48,441 nt of DNA, from positions 1-48,441 of the forward strand of contig JAUUZE010000001.1 in the NCBI GenBank assembly GCA_030590175.1, read 5' to 3'. Source of the stretch: Clostridia bacterium. Lineage in GTDB: Bacteria > Bacillota > Clostridia > DUPQ01. This document shows, one piece after another, positions 24,893 to 34,037 of this stretch. A model generated the notes under the pieces. It was not told where the DNA came from. It did not search any database and worked only from the letters and a program-made list of their open reading frames with translations. The position numbers and the translations under genes are program-made. Numbering within the stretch: position 1 is the stretch's first letter; each line of letters starts with the position of its first letter.

Positions 24893-25294
24893 ATGAAAAG
24901 TAAAAATACTATCGCAACTACCTTTCGAGGTGATATTAAAAGCATTGCAGCTTTGGCTAATTTCTGGCATAAACAGGGTTATGAAATAACATCAATAAAT
25001 AAGGTATTAACACTAAGCATTGATGCCTTAACTGAACTAATTATCAACAAATATCCAAAACAGGAAATAACTAATATTGAAGATGCTATTAAAGTTCTAG
25101 AGCATTTTAATATCTTCAATATTGAAAAAAAATTCAGAAATAAAAAAACTCTTCTTAATGAATTAAGTTTGGAAAATATAGAACGAGAACCAGAACACAT
25201 TATAACTAAACAATCAAATAGTCCTTTTGGTTCTGATCAAGCCCAAAATAAAACTAATGAAGAATTAAATAAACAAATAATGAAAAAGGATTAA
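24893..25294 (+). CDS. Early hypothetical protein (133 aa)
   Basis: ORF track entry. Confidence 0.6.
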   Translation: MKSKNTIATTFRGDIKSIAALANFWHKQGYEITSINKVLTLSIDALTELIINKYPKQEITNIEDAIKVLEHFNIFNIEKKFRNKKTLLNELSLENIEREPEHIITKQSNSPFGSDQAQNKTNEELNKQIMKKD

Positions 25295-25299
25295 TTCCT

Positions 25300-25596
25300 A
25301 TGATAAAAGAAAATTTTCTAAAAAGAGAAATAAATCGGCAAGTTAAGGAAATATTGCAGAAAAATGATAAACTTAAATCAGAAATATCAGCAAATCTATA
25401 TGAAATATATAAGCTTAAAAAAGAACATAATTTTATTGACAGAAAACAAGCTATGATTGATGGAAGACATAAAATTATTAAGAGAAAAAAACCGGCTAAA
25501 AAGGATAAAAAGTATATATTTTCAAATATGTCTGAAAAAGAAAAACTTGAAATCTATAATATATTGAAAGATTTAGAAGAAAATATTATACAATAA
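25300..25596 (+). CDS. Early hypothetical Lys-rich protein (98 aa)
   Basis: ORF track entry. Confidence 0.6.
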   Translation: MIKENFLKREINRQVKEILQKNDKLKSEISANLYEIYKLKKEHNFIDRKQAMIDGRHKIIKRKKPAKKDKKYIFSNMSEKEKLEIYNILKDLEENIIQ

Positions 25597-25653
25597 AAGA
25601 TAATAATTTAATTAATTCAGATTAAAAAAAATCAATAAAGATAAAAATTTTTG

Positions 25654-25682
25654 TTGACACCTTATATTTAATAATATATAAT
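25654..25682 (+). promoter_or_regulatory. Perfect consensus sigma70 promoter, rightward (TTGACA-17-TATAAT)
   Basis: TTGACA at 25654-25659 and TATAAT at 25677-25682. The ATAAAAATTTT tract lies upstream. Confidence 0.8.
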
Positions 25683-25796
25683 GGTGGTTATAAATCGATG
25701 ATTTAATAATAAATAACGAAAGGAGTTAAAATTTAAACTATAATAATCATCAAATTTACTAAATTAATTTAATCTTAAAAATGAAAGGATAAAAAA

Positions 25797-26120
25797 ATGA
25801 TTGATGTAACAGCAAAAAAAGATGGAAAAGAAGCAACAATCCAGTATGACTTTGGTAATGATCTGGATGATGCAGTTGCAAAATTTGGAAAGGATGTAGT
25901 TTTCAGCAATTTTGTACAAAGTGCTAAAATTACATTACAAAGTATTGTAAGACGTTATCTTGTGACTGATGGTGATATTCAGGGTTTAACAACTACCTGG
26001 AAACCTGGTATGCAAATGCAGCGCACAAGTGTTCCTGCTCGAGTAGCCATCATTAGTGAATTTAAAAATATGTCTCCAGAAGAGAAAAAAGCATTCTTGA
26101 TTGACCTTAAAGGAAAATAA
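25797..26120 (+). CDS. Hypothetical protein (107 aa), first gene of the middle/replication block
   Basis: ORF track entry, bracketed by a consensus promoter upstream and a canonical terminator downstream. Confidence 0.7.
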   Translation: MIDVTAKKDGKEATIQYDFGNDLDDAVAKFGKDVVFSNFVQSAKITLQSIVRRYLVTDGDIQGLTTTWKPGMQMQRTSVPARVAIISEFKNMSPEEKKAFLIDLKGK

Positions 26121-26141
26121 TTTAATCATAAAATAAAATGA

Positions 26142-26187
26142 ATGGCAAAGATAAATATCTAATTTTTAATTTATCTTTGCCATTTTT
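26142..26187 (+). terminator. Canonical rho-independent terminator
   Basis: A 15-bp perfect stem (ATGGCAAAGATAAAT / ATTTATCTTTGCCAT) with a 12-nt loop, followed by TTTT. Confidence 0.8.
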
Positions 26188-26231
26188 AATATCTAAATAT
26201 CAACAAATTTGTTGGTTAGGATAAACTAATT

Positions 26232-26456
26232 ATGAAAAAGAAACAAACTAAACAAACTAGACAAACTAAACAATATTTAGAAAGAAATTGGAATAAGTTT
26301 ATGATAGCTGGTGTAAAAGCCAGATGTATAAAAATATCAGAAAGTGATTGTATAACTTTAAAAGAACTTACTCAAATAAATAAGATAATAATATGTTCTA
26401 GTAAAATCATAAATTCTTGGGAAGATCAATCTGAGTTATTAAAACAGGAAGAATAA
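26232..26456 (+). CDS. Hypothetical protein (74 aa) with an N-terminal KQT repeat (9-bp DNA repeat at about 26242-26273)
   Basis: ORF track entry. Confidence 0.55.
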   Translation: MKKKQTKQTRQTKQYLERNWNKFMIAGVKARCIKISESDCITLKELTQINKIIICSSKIINSWEDQSELLKQEE

Positions 26457-26457
26457 T

Positions 26458-27357
26458 ATGTCTAAACGATCCGGTATTATGCTCTGTTATCCATTAGAAG
26501 AAAAACGCTTGCTTAATCAAATCCGTGGCTGTTATTGGTCTTGGCCTGTTTTTGTTCAGCCTAAACTTGATGGTGAGCGTTGCAGAGCAAAAGATGGAAA
26601 TTATCTCATATCAAGCGAGCTAAACTCCTTCAATCACACAGTTCCACATATTAAAAAGGCTTATCAGGAACTTTGTATTAAGATAGGTTATTGCCCTGAA
26701 TTTGATGGAGAACTATATGAACATGGTATGAATTTTGAGGATATCCATAGTCGTGTATCGACCAGCAGACTTCAACCTCATGAAGATTATAGCTCTATCA
26801 AATATCATATCTTTGATATAATTGATGAAGAAAAATCTCAATTACAGCGAATAAGTGATTTATTAAGTAATCTTGATTTTAAATCTCCACTGATAATTGT
26901 TCCAACTATTATTGCCCATAATATATCTCAAATAATGGAAATATATCAGCATTTTGTTGGACTAAAATATGAAGGAATAGTAGTTCGTGAAGCAACTAAA
27001 CCATATGTTCGTCAGCGTTCACCTTATATACTCAAATTTAAGCCTAAGAAAACTGATGAATATCTGATTGTTGATTTTCAAGAAGAGATTTCCAAAGATG
27101 GAATCCCAAAGAATACTCTTGGTAGTTTGATCTGTGAAAAGGATGGTCATCGTTTTTCAACTGGGAGTGGGACATTAACTGATATTCAAAAACAACAGTT
27201 CTGGGATGATCGTCTTAATCTTCCTGGTAAAATATGCAAAGTTTGGTATCAGAATATAACAGCTAAAGAAAAAGTTCCAAGATTTATTAGCAAAATTGAA
27301 ATACTGGATAAGCCAGAAACTAATCATGTTAATCCATTTTTAAATATAGGAGGTTAA
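26458..27357 (+). CDS. ATP-dependent DNA ligase (small phage type)
   Basis: Motif I KLDGER, motif III FDGELY, motif IV EGIVVRE and motif V ILKFKPK. Confidence 0.85.
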   Translation: MSKRSGIMLCYPLEEKRLLNQIRGCYWSWPVFVQPKLDGERCRAKDGNYLISSELNSFNHTVPHIKKAYQELCIKIGYCPEFDGELYEHGMNFEDIHSRVSTSRLQPHEDYSSIKYHIFDIIDEEKSQLQRISDLLSNLDFKSPLIIVPTIIAHNISQIMEIYQHFVGLKYEGIVVREATKPYVRQRSPYILKFKPKKTDEYLIVDFQEEISKDGIPKNTLGSLICEKDGHRFSTGSGTLTDIQKQQFWDDRLNLPGKICKVWYQNITAKEKVPRFISKIEILDKPETNHVNPFLNIGG

Positions 27358-27359
27358 TT

Positions 27360-27530
27360 GTGATAAAAATTCTAAAAAATAAAAATATATTAAAAGAAAA
27401 ACCAAAATTAAAACTTTGTTCTAATCATTATCACTTTATATCTCAAGCAACTTTGAGGCATTGGGATAGTTCAAAACTTGGAACAGCATATAAAAATAAT
27501 AACTGGTATAAAACTAAGGAGATTAACTAA
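27360..27530 (+). CDS. Unannotated small ORF (56 aa, GTG start)
   Basis: My translation (VIKILKNKNILKEKPKLKLCSNHYHFISQATLRHWDSS...). AGGAGG lies 6 nt upstream. Its stop overlaps the ATG at 27530 by 1 nt. Confidence 0.45.
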   Translation: MIKILKNKNILKEKPKLKLCSNHYHFISQATLRHWDSSKLGTAYKNNNWYKTKEIN

Positions 27531-27808
27531 TGACCAAAGAAAATTGTCAAACTGAAGCTGTAGCTCCAGATGAAGTTGAATCAAGAAAAAATCCCTTTAA
27601 AATTCAAATTGGTGGAACTCATTATAAACTTTTTAAAATAGAGCCATTTGAATTTTTCTTTGTAAATAATATTCCACACCATAAAGCTACGATTATTCGT
27701 AGAATTCTACGCTATGATCAAGCTTCTGGTGACGGGCTTCTAGATTTACAAAAAATGAAGCATGAAATAGATTTAATCATTGAACTTGAGCGATATAATA
27801 ATATTTAA
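27530..27808 (+). CDS. DUF3310-like phage protein (92 aa)
   Basis: GGTHYK...IEPFEF.....H.ATIIRRILRY resembles the DUF3310 pattern as I remember it. This has not been verified. Confidence 0.45.
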   Translation: MTKENCQTEAVAPDEVESRKNPFKIQIGGTHYKLFKIEPFEFFFVNNIPHHKATIIRRILRYDQASGDGLLDLQKMKHEIDLIIELERYNNI

Positions 27809-27813
27809 TCTCC

Positions 27814-27834
27814 TTTGATGATTTAATCATCAAA
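27814..27834. repeat. Conserved palindrome copy 15 (centre TTA)
   Basis: Perfect core starting 5 nt after the stop at 27808. Confidence 0.95.
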
Positions 27835-27860
27835 GGAAACGGGAAAGGAGGTAATATAAA

Positions 27861-28322
27861 TTGAGTACTGTTTATGTAGTTAATCGTAGTTGTCATAATT
27901 TTAATAAAGCAACCGCTTATGGTGATATAAAATTTATGACAGTGGGTTCTATAGATAAATTTAATCTTACTAAAATGCATAGGACTTTCTTTAAATATTT
28001 AAAAGATTCTGACAAACAAGACTATATTGTCATTAGTGGTCTAACTAACATGAGTGTTATAGCCTGTGGTATTTTTGTTAATAAGCATCATAGGTTAAAT
28101 TTATTACTTTGGAATCAAAAGAAAAAAACATATAAAGCTGAGATGATTTTCTTTGAAGACTATTCTTTTGAATTGGATAAAGATAATAAGATAAATCCTG
28201 TATATTGCACTGAGTTATGTTATAATTGTAAATATAGAGAATATACAAAGTGTACAAAACAGAAAAAAGATATAACTTTTAATGAATATTGTCCTATGTG
28301 GCAAATTAACAAGAATATATAA
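27861..28322 (+). CDS. Hypothetical protein (153 aa, TTG start) with a Cys-rich C-terminus
   Basis: ORF track entry with strong SD AAAGGAGG. The C-terminus reads CTELCYNCKYREYTKC...CPMW. Confidence 0.6.
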   Translation: MSTVYVVNRSCHNFNKATAYGDIKFMTVGSIDKFNLTKMHRTFFKYLKDSDKQDYIVISGLTNMSVIACGIFVNKHHRLNLLLWNQKKKTYKAEMIFFEDYSFELDKDNKINPVYCTELCYNCKYREYTKCTKQKKDITFNEYCPMWQINKNI

Positions 28323-28336
28323 AGGAAGATATAATT

Positions 28337-28582
28337 ATGGAATTAACAGAAAAACTTATATATATTAATAAGTTATATAAAGATCTAGAAAAAATTGGAT
28401 TGATGGGAATAAGTTCTAATCAGATTCATTTACGAAATAAAACTTTTAATACAATTTCTAAGAATCAAAATGTAACAAATTCAATAGCTGGAGAATATCT
28501 TCAAAAATCTTTCGAAATTAAAGATGTTGAATTTATAACTCTTTTTTCACTTAGTAATTTTATAAATATTGATATTCTTTAA
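28337..28582 (+). CDS. Hypothetical protein (81 aa)
   Basis: ORF track entry. Confidence 0.55.
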   Translation: MELTEKLIYINKLYKDLEKIGLMGISSNQIHLRNKTFNTISKNQNVTNSIAGEYLQKSFEIKDVEFITLFSLSNFINIDIL

Positions 28583-28600
28583 AAAGGGAGGTGATATAAA

Positions 28601-29584
28601 TTGATAGAACATAATCCTACTTGGGACATTGTAGATTCATCCAAATTAAATGATTTTATAAAGTGTCGTAGAAAAGCTATGTACTTACATATTTTTGGTT
28701 GGAAAACAGAAAATTTATCTAATCATTTGGCTTTTGGCAGGGCTTATCATTTGCCTATGGAACATTTTTTGCTTGATGGTTATAATGATGATAGTGTAAT
28801 TGCTGGTCATCAAATGCTTTTGGAAGATTATCGTAAAGATTTTATGCCAGAAACAGATGAACTTTTTGGTGCAAAAACTCCTGATAACGCCCTGTTCGTT
28901 CTTGCTAAATACTGTGAAAAGTATCAAAATGATCTTGATCTTTATGACGTACTTTATACTGAAATTGCCGGCAGTGTATCTATTGGCAATGATAAGAAAA
29001 TCCATTTCCGTATGGATTCAGTTTTAAAAGATAAAATAACAGATAAAATAATATCTCTTGAACATAAAACCGGCTCTGGTCTTTGGATGTGGGCTGAGCA
29101 GTGGGCATTATCAGTACAAGTCGGAACCTATACTCATGCTCTTAATTGTCTCTATTCTCCTGATGAAGTTGATCAAGTAATTATGAATAGCAGTCATTTT
29201 TTACGAGCCAAGGGTGCTTGGGAAGATCTTAATCAACAGGGCTTTACGACCAAAAAACAGCCCTTTGATTTTCTTCGACATCCTGAGCCAAGATCTAACA
29301 CACAAATGCAGACATGGCTTGAGATGATAACATACTATTATGATGAATATTATCGTGAACTTGATTTACTTATGACAAAATGTTCACCAGATGATCCTAC
29401 TCTGGTTGCTTATCCTATGAATCCAGAATCTTGTTTAAAATATGGTCGAATTTGTGAGTTTCATGATTTTTGTACTGCTTGGCCTAATCCACTGAAGCGT
29501 TATTCTAAAACACCGCCAATAGGTTTTAAAGAAGAGTTTTGGAATCCTATGGAACAGGAAGCTAAACACATTATGGAACTTTGA
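28601..29584 (+). CDS. PD-(D/E)XK nuclease, Cas4/RecB-like with a putative Fe-S cysteine cluster
   Basis: The D...LEHK (D-ExK) motif, a QVGTY (QxxxY) motif, one N-terminal Cys (FIKCRRK) and C-terminal CLKYGRICEFHDFC. Confidence 0.7.
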   Translation: MIEHNPTWDIVDSSKLNDFIKCRRKAMYLHIFGWKTENLSNHLAFGRAYHLPMEHFLLDGYNDDSVIAGHQMLLEDYRKDFMPETDELFGAKTPDNALFVLAKYCEKYQNDLDLYDVLYTEIAGSVSIGNDKKIHFRMDSVLKDKITDKIISLEHKTGSGLWMWAEQWALSVQVGTYTHALNCLYSPDEVDQVIMNSSHFLRAKGAWEDLNQQGFTTKKQPFDFLRHPEPRSNTQMQTWLEMITYYYDEYYRELDLLMTKCSPDDPTLVAYPMNPESCLKYGRICEFHDFCTAWPNPLKRYSKTPPIGFKEEFWNPMEQEAKHIMEL

Positions 29585-29605
29585 AAATCTGGGCTAAACA
29601 ATCGC

Positions 29606-29626
29606 TATGATGATTAAATCATCAAA
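29606..29626. repeat. Conserved palindrome copy 16 (variant TATGATGAT-TAA-ATCATCAAA)
   Basis: The core has one A.A mismatch. Its AAGGAG flank lies 12 nt before the ATG at 29642. Confidence 0.95.
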
Positions 29627-29641
29627 GGAGAATTAATAACT

Positions 29642-30457
29642 ATGTCTGAAATATCTTTAGAAATTCTAAAAGAAGCCAGTGAGATCAAAAATATGTATGA
29701 TAATGATCCTACTCAGGATTCTTTTAGTGTTCTGCTTCTAGGTGAGGCTGGTTCTGGCAAAACCTTCTTCATTCCCACCTGTCGTAAACCCATTCACATA
29801 GATTCCTTTGACCCTGGAGGAACTAAAGGAATCAAGAAATATATTAAATCTGGTGAAGTTATTGCTGCTACCCAATATGAGAAAGAAAATCCTGCAAAAC
29901 CTTTTGCTTTTGAACAGTGGAAACGAGATATGGATAGAAGAATAAAGCTAAACTACTTCGACCATATTGGAACCTATGTTCTCGATTCAGCTACAACCTG
30001 GTCTGATGCTATTATGAACTGGATATTAAAAGCTGCTGGTTTGCCTGGTCAAGCACCTAGATTCACCAAAGACTATGTTCCACAAAAGATGCAAATTCGC
30101 AACTGGATAGCTGTTATGATGGCTCTTCCTTGTGACTTTGTTATGACAGGGCATCTGGAAGGTTTCAAGGATGAAGTTTCTGGAACAATATCTTATCGCT
30201 TTCTGACTACTGGAAAGGGAGTAGTTACAATTCCAGGACTGTTTGATGAGCTATGGGTATGTGATCCTAAGGGAACATCTCAAGGTGTTACATACAGAAT
30301 ATTAACCCAATCAACTGGCCGGCACATAGCCAGAAGCCGTTTGGCAGAGGAGGGAAAACTTAAACAATATGAAGAACCAAACATGAAGAAGATCTTGCAA
30401 AAGGTAAATCACATATCTAGTGACAAACCATTATTAACTAATAAGAAGGAGAAATAA
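29642..30457 (+). CDS. RecA-fold ATPase (Sak4 / AAA_24-like recombination protein)
   Basis: Walker A LLLGEAGSGKT and Walker B-like YVLDSAT. It sits between a nuclease gene and a small SSB-like ORF. Confidence 0.6.
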   Translation: MSEISLEILKEASEIKNMYDNDPTQDSFSVLLLGEAGSGKTFFIPTCRKPIHIDSFDPGGTKGIKKYIKSGEVIAATQYEKENPAKPFAFEQWKRDMDRRIKLNYFDHIGTYVLDSATTWSDAIMNWILKAAGLPGQAPRFTKDYVPQKMQIRNWIAVMMALPCDFVMTGHLEGFKDEVSGTISYRFLTTGKGVVTIPGLFDELWVCDPKGTSQGVTYRILTQSTGRHIARSRLAEEGKLKQYEEPNMKKILQKVNHISSDKPLLTNKKEK

Positions 30458-30460
30458 ATT

Positions 30461-30862
30461 ATGAGTATTATTGACTTAACAAACATGGCTATGGATGACA
30501 CTTTTGAATCAACAATTCTTCCTAAAGGTGAGGAAGCTAAACTTCGTCTGCTTAATATTGCTGATGGAACAGATAAAAATGGTAATAGCTATATGATGCC
30601 ATTTTTTGAAAGTGTTGAAGATCCTTATTGCAAAGAATTTGGCGATTATATGCCCTTACCCAGGGAAGATATGAATCCTAAAGAACTTAACAGTGCTAAA
30701 AATCGTATTAATTCCTTCTGTACTGCCTTTAATATTGATCTTTCCCAACCTATTAATATTGATAATGTTCGTAATAATGAGGGTTGGGCAATACTTGGCG
30801 TTGGAAAAGATCAAGATGAACAGCCAGTCAATAGAATTAATAAATATGTAACTGGGCAATAA
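30461..30862 (+). CDS. Putative ssDNA-binding/annealing accessory protein (DUF669-like, 133 aa)
   Basis: Called from its position directly after the Sak4-like ATPase gene, its size and its N-terminal pattern. Assigned from memory only. Confidence 0.4.
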   Translation: MSIIDLTNMAMDDTFESTILPKGEEAKLRLLNIADGTDKNGNSYMMPFFESVEDPYCKEFGDYMPLPREDMNPKELNSAKNRINSFCTAFNIDLSQPINIDNVRNNEGWAILGVGKDQDEQPVNRINKYVTGQ

Positions 30863-30873
30863 GATTAATTAAG

Positions 30874-30909
30874 CTAATCAGCTGGTAATAAATATCAGCT
30901 GATTAGTTT
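30874..30909 (+). terminator. Rho-independent terminator candidate
   Basis: An 11-bp perfect stem (CTAATCAGCTG / CAGCTGATTAG) with an 11-nt loop, followed by TTT. Confidence 0.65.
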
Positions 30910-30936
30910 AACATATAAACAATAAGGAGTAAACTA

Positions 30937-31155
30937 ATGAGCAGATTATCAATAGACATTTCTGATGAAAAGTCTTTAGCTCTTGATCAAATCTTAGAAC
31001 ATGGAATGAGAGTAGTAGTATTTAATCTGCTCATTGATGATCTTCTTGAAACTTGTAATAAACATGGTGCTGGAAAGGTTATAGGTGCATTGATTGAAAG
31101 AGCTATTACAATTAAAGAAATTAGTAATCTTAATTTTAAACTGGAGAATAAATAA
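30937..31155 (+). CDS. Hypothetical protein (72 aa)
   Basis: ORF track entry with SD AAGGAG. Confidence 0.6.
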   Translation: MSRLSIDISDEKSLALDQILEHGMRVVVFNLLIDDLLETCNKHGAGKVIGALIERAITIKEISNLNFKLENK

Positions 31156-31157
31156 AT

Positions 31158-31385
31158 ATGGACTTAGATGATTTAAACAAATCAATTTCTGATATGTCAG
31201 ATAAGGAACTTGAAAAACGGCTAATTGAAATAAGAAAGCGAATATTAACTAAAAAACCGGCTAAAGCTAAGATTAAAGCTTCTGATAAACAATCTAAAAC
31301 TCCAACTCCAACAGCTAAAGCACTTTTCAGTGGTATGACAGCTGCTGATCGAGAAGCATTAATACTAGAATTAGAAAGTGAATAA
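31158..31385 (+). CDS. Hypothetical protein (75 aa)
   Basis: ORF track entry. Confidence 0.6.
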   Translation: MDLDDLNKSISDMSDKELEKRLIEIRKRILTKKPAKAKIKASDKQSKTPTPTAKALFSGMTAADREALILELESE

Positions 31386-31431
31386 AAATATTATAAATAT
31401 TATAAATCTAATTTAAATAAGGAGAAAAAAC

Positions 31432-31641
31432 ATGAAAAGTTTTAATAAAATTATGAGAAATCTTAATAATACAGTTGAAAAATTAGAATTATTATCTGCC
31501 AAAATTTGTTTAGAAAAAGAAGAAAAACAAAATATTATTAGAAAAATTAAGCAAGATATAGAAAATATTTCTGCTGAAGAAATGGCAGCAACAGAAGTAG
31601 CGAAAAAATTAAAAGTACTTTTTACGCCTGTAACTATATAA
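31432..31641 (+). CDS. Hypothetical coiled-coil-like protein (69 aa)
   Basis: ORF track entry with SD AAGGAGA. Confidence 0.6.
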   Translation: MKSFNKIMRNLNNTVEKLELLSAKICLEKEEKQNIIRKIKQDIENISAEEMAATEVAKKLKVLFTPVTI

Positions 31642-31658
31642 AAATATTAGGATATAAA

Positions 31659-31931
31659 ATGACAGAATATATAAAACTTAGCCCTAAAGATAAGGTTATA
31701 TATTATGATGGTACTAATTTTGATAAAAATTGTGAGGTTGTCACAATTAATGAATTATCTATATCTATAAGTCTTGAATTTATCAAATACTCACATCGTA
31801 GAAAAAATATAAGTTCAATTAGATCATTTATTTATAAAATGCCAGAAGAAAAAAGTAGGCTTTTAGATGAAATAAATATAAGTATAGATATAGCTAACTG
31901 GCATTATCAAACAGTAAATACTAATTACTAG
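31659..31931 (+). CDS. Hypothetical protein (90 aa)
   Basis: ORF track entry. Confidence 0.55.
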   Translation: MTEYIKLSPKDKVIYYDGTNFDKNCEVVTINELSISISLEFIKYSHRRKNISSIRSFIYKMPEEKSRLLDEINISIDIANWHYQTVNTNY

Positions 31932-31945
31932 CCAATAACATTTGC

Positions 31946-31966
31946 TTTGATGATTTAATCATCAAA
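31946..31966. repeat. Conserved palindrome copy 17 (centre TTA), 14-bp stem
   Basis: The core is extended by TTTGC/GCAAA (31941-31971). Confidence 0.95.
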
Positions 31967-32001
31967 GCAAAACCAATTAACAGGGAGAATTAATAATAAC
32001 T

Positions 32002-33342
32002 ATGAAACTTGATATTATTCCAATATCTAATATTAATATTGGTAAGCGTTTTAGAAAAGATTATGGTGATCTTGATGATCTTGCTTTATCAATTAAAAGT
32101 AAGGGTCTTATCTGTCCTATAGCTGTATCAAAAATAGATAATGAAGATAATGAAGATAATGAAGATAATACATTTAAACTCGCTGCTGGTGGTCGCCGAC
32201 TAGCTGCTCATAAATTATTAGAACTTCAAACTATTCCTTGTCGTATCTATGATCATGATTTATCTGATCTTGAACTACGATCAATTGAACTTGAGGAAAA
32301 TATTAAACGAAAGGAGCTGGGTTATCTTGAAGAAATAAAACTTAAGGATGAAATTTTAAATCTTCAACAAGCTATTCATGGTAAGAAAACTTCTAAAAAT
32401 TCAGATGCAACTGGTGTATCTATGCGTGATGTTGCTGATCTTATCGGAGTAGATCAATCAACATTATCAAAGGATATTTCTCTTAATAGTTTTGTAGAAG
32501 AATTTCCTGAAGTTGAGTGGGATAAAATGAATAGTAAATCAGAAGCTCTCAAAATGAAAAATAAAATTGAAGAAAGTTTTATTAGAGCTGAAATGTCTAA
32601 ACGAGCTAGAGAAACAATTGGAGACAGTGGAAGTTCTATTTTTATTAACAAACTAATAAACTCATATATCATTAAAGATTTTTTTGTTGGAGTTAAAGAT
32701 ATTCCTGATAATTCTATTAATTTTATTGAGATTGACCCTCCATATGCTATTGATTTAAAAACTGCTAAAAAACAATACGCTTATGAACATGAAAAATATA
32801 ATGAGATTATTTCTGATGATTATCCTGAATTTCTTGATGAACTTTTCTCAGAATCTTATCGTGTTATGAGTGAAAATTCTTGGTTAATTTGCTGGTTTGC
32901 TCCAGAACCTTGGTTTGACGTAGTTTATAATTCTATAATAAGGGCAGGATTTAAAACTAATCGAATGTGTGGACTTTGGATAAAACCAACTGGTCAAACT
33001 AAATCACCTTCGTTAAACCTTGCTAATCAATATGAGATGTTTTTTTATGCTAAAAAAGGAAATCCGGTTCTAGCTATTCCAGGACAATTAAATGCTTTCC
33101 ATCACCCAGCTGTTTCACCAACTAAAAAACTCCACCCAACAGAACGACCAATTGAACTTCTTGATGATATATTAACTACTTTTGCAACTGAAAATTCTCG
33201 TGTTCTTGTTCCATTTGCTGGAAGTGGTAATACTCTTATATCAACAGCTAAAAATAAAATGATTCCGATAGGTTTTGATCTTACTGAAGAATATAAAAAT
33301 TCTTATATATTAAAAATTCAAGAGATGTTTAAGGAGAGCTAA
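32002..33342 (+). CDS. ParB-like N-terminal domain fused to a DNA (N6-adenine/N4-cytosine) methyltransferase
   Basis: ParB-box-like KLAAGGRRLAAH, catalytic IEIDPPYA (DPPY), and the SAM motif VPFAGSGNT near the C-terminus (beta-class order). Confidence 0.8.
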   Translation: MKLDIIPISNINIGKRFRKDYGDLDDLALSIKSKGLICPIAVSKIDNEDNEDNEDNTFKLAAGGRRLAAHKLLELQTIPCRIYDHDLSDLELRSIELEENIKRKELGYLEEIKLKDEILNLQQAIHGKKTSKNSDATGVSMRDVADLIGVDQSTLSKDISLNSFVEEFPEVEWDKMNSKSEALKMKNKIEESFIRAEMSKRARETIGDSGSSIFINKLINSYIIKDFFVGVKDIPDNSINFIEIDPPYAIDLKTAKKQYAYEHEKYNEIISDDYPEFLDELFSESYRVMSENSWLICWFAPEPWFDVVYNSIIRAGFKTNRMCGLWIKPTGQTKSPSLNLANQYEMFFYAKKGNPVLAIPGQLNAFHHPAVSPTKKLHPTERPIELLDDILTTFATENSRVLVPFAGSGNTLISTAKNKMIPIGFDLTEEYKNSYILKIQEMFKES

Positions 33343-33344
33343 TT

Positions 33345-34001
33345 ATGAAGCTAATAAAACCAAGTTTTGATATTTTATTTATTTCACCTAAACCACTTGA
33401 AACAATTGAAATGGCTGGAAGAACTTGTTATAAATCAGAAGATAAAATAACTAAGAATTCTGCAGAAAAATTTATTAAGATGATTATTAAAAATAGTCAC
33501 TATTCAGTAATTGAGCATGTAAATATGTCAGTGAGAATCATCTGTGATAGAGGAGTATCACATGAGATTGTTCGTCATCGACTTGTATCATATAGTCAGG
33601 AAAGTACAAGATACTGTAATTATGCAGGAGAAGTTACTTTTATTATCCCTCCTTGGATAGATATTGAAGAAGGAGAATATGCTCTTCCTTATTACGAAGA
33701 TCAACCAGGATACCCAGAACTTTTTTGGTATAAAAGTTTGATTCATGCTGAAAAAGAATATAAAAACTTACTTTATTCAGGATGGTCTCCTCAGCAGGCT
33801 CGTTCCGTTCTTCCAAATTCACTTAAAACTGAAATCATAGTGTCAGCAAATATGCGAGAGTGGATACATATTTTTAAATTAAGAACCTCCAAAGCAGCTC
33901 ATCCACAAATGAGAGAAATAATGATTCCTCTTTTAAAAGAAGTAGAAAGAAAAATTCCAATAATCTTTGATGATATTAATAAATCCCCTTTGATGATTTA
34001 A
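33345..34001 (+). CDS. thyX: Flavin-dependent thymidylate synthase ThyX
   Basis: The ThyX signature RHRLVSYSQESTRY and a typical size of 218 aa. Confidence 0.9.
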   Translation: MKLIKPSFDILFISPKPLETIEMAGRTCYKSEDKITKNSAEKFIKMIIKNSHYSVIEHVNMSVRIICDRGVSHEIVRHRLVSYSQESTRYCNYAGEVTFIIPPWIDIEEGEYALPYYEDQPGYPELFWYKSLIHAEKEYKNLLYSGWSPQQARSVLPNSLKTEIIVSANMREWIHIFKLRTSKAAHPQMREIMIPLLKEVERKIPIIFDDINKSPLMI

Positions 34002-34009
34002 TCATCAAA
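33989..34009. repeat. Conserved palindrome copy 18 (centre TTA), overlapping the 3' end of thyX
   Basis: The last thyX codons (...SPLMI) and the TAA stop (33999-34001) lie inside the palindrome. GGG then TTTT follows. Confidence 0.95.
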
Positions 34010-34037
34010 GGGTTTTGAAATATGGAGAATAATAATT

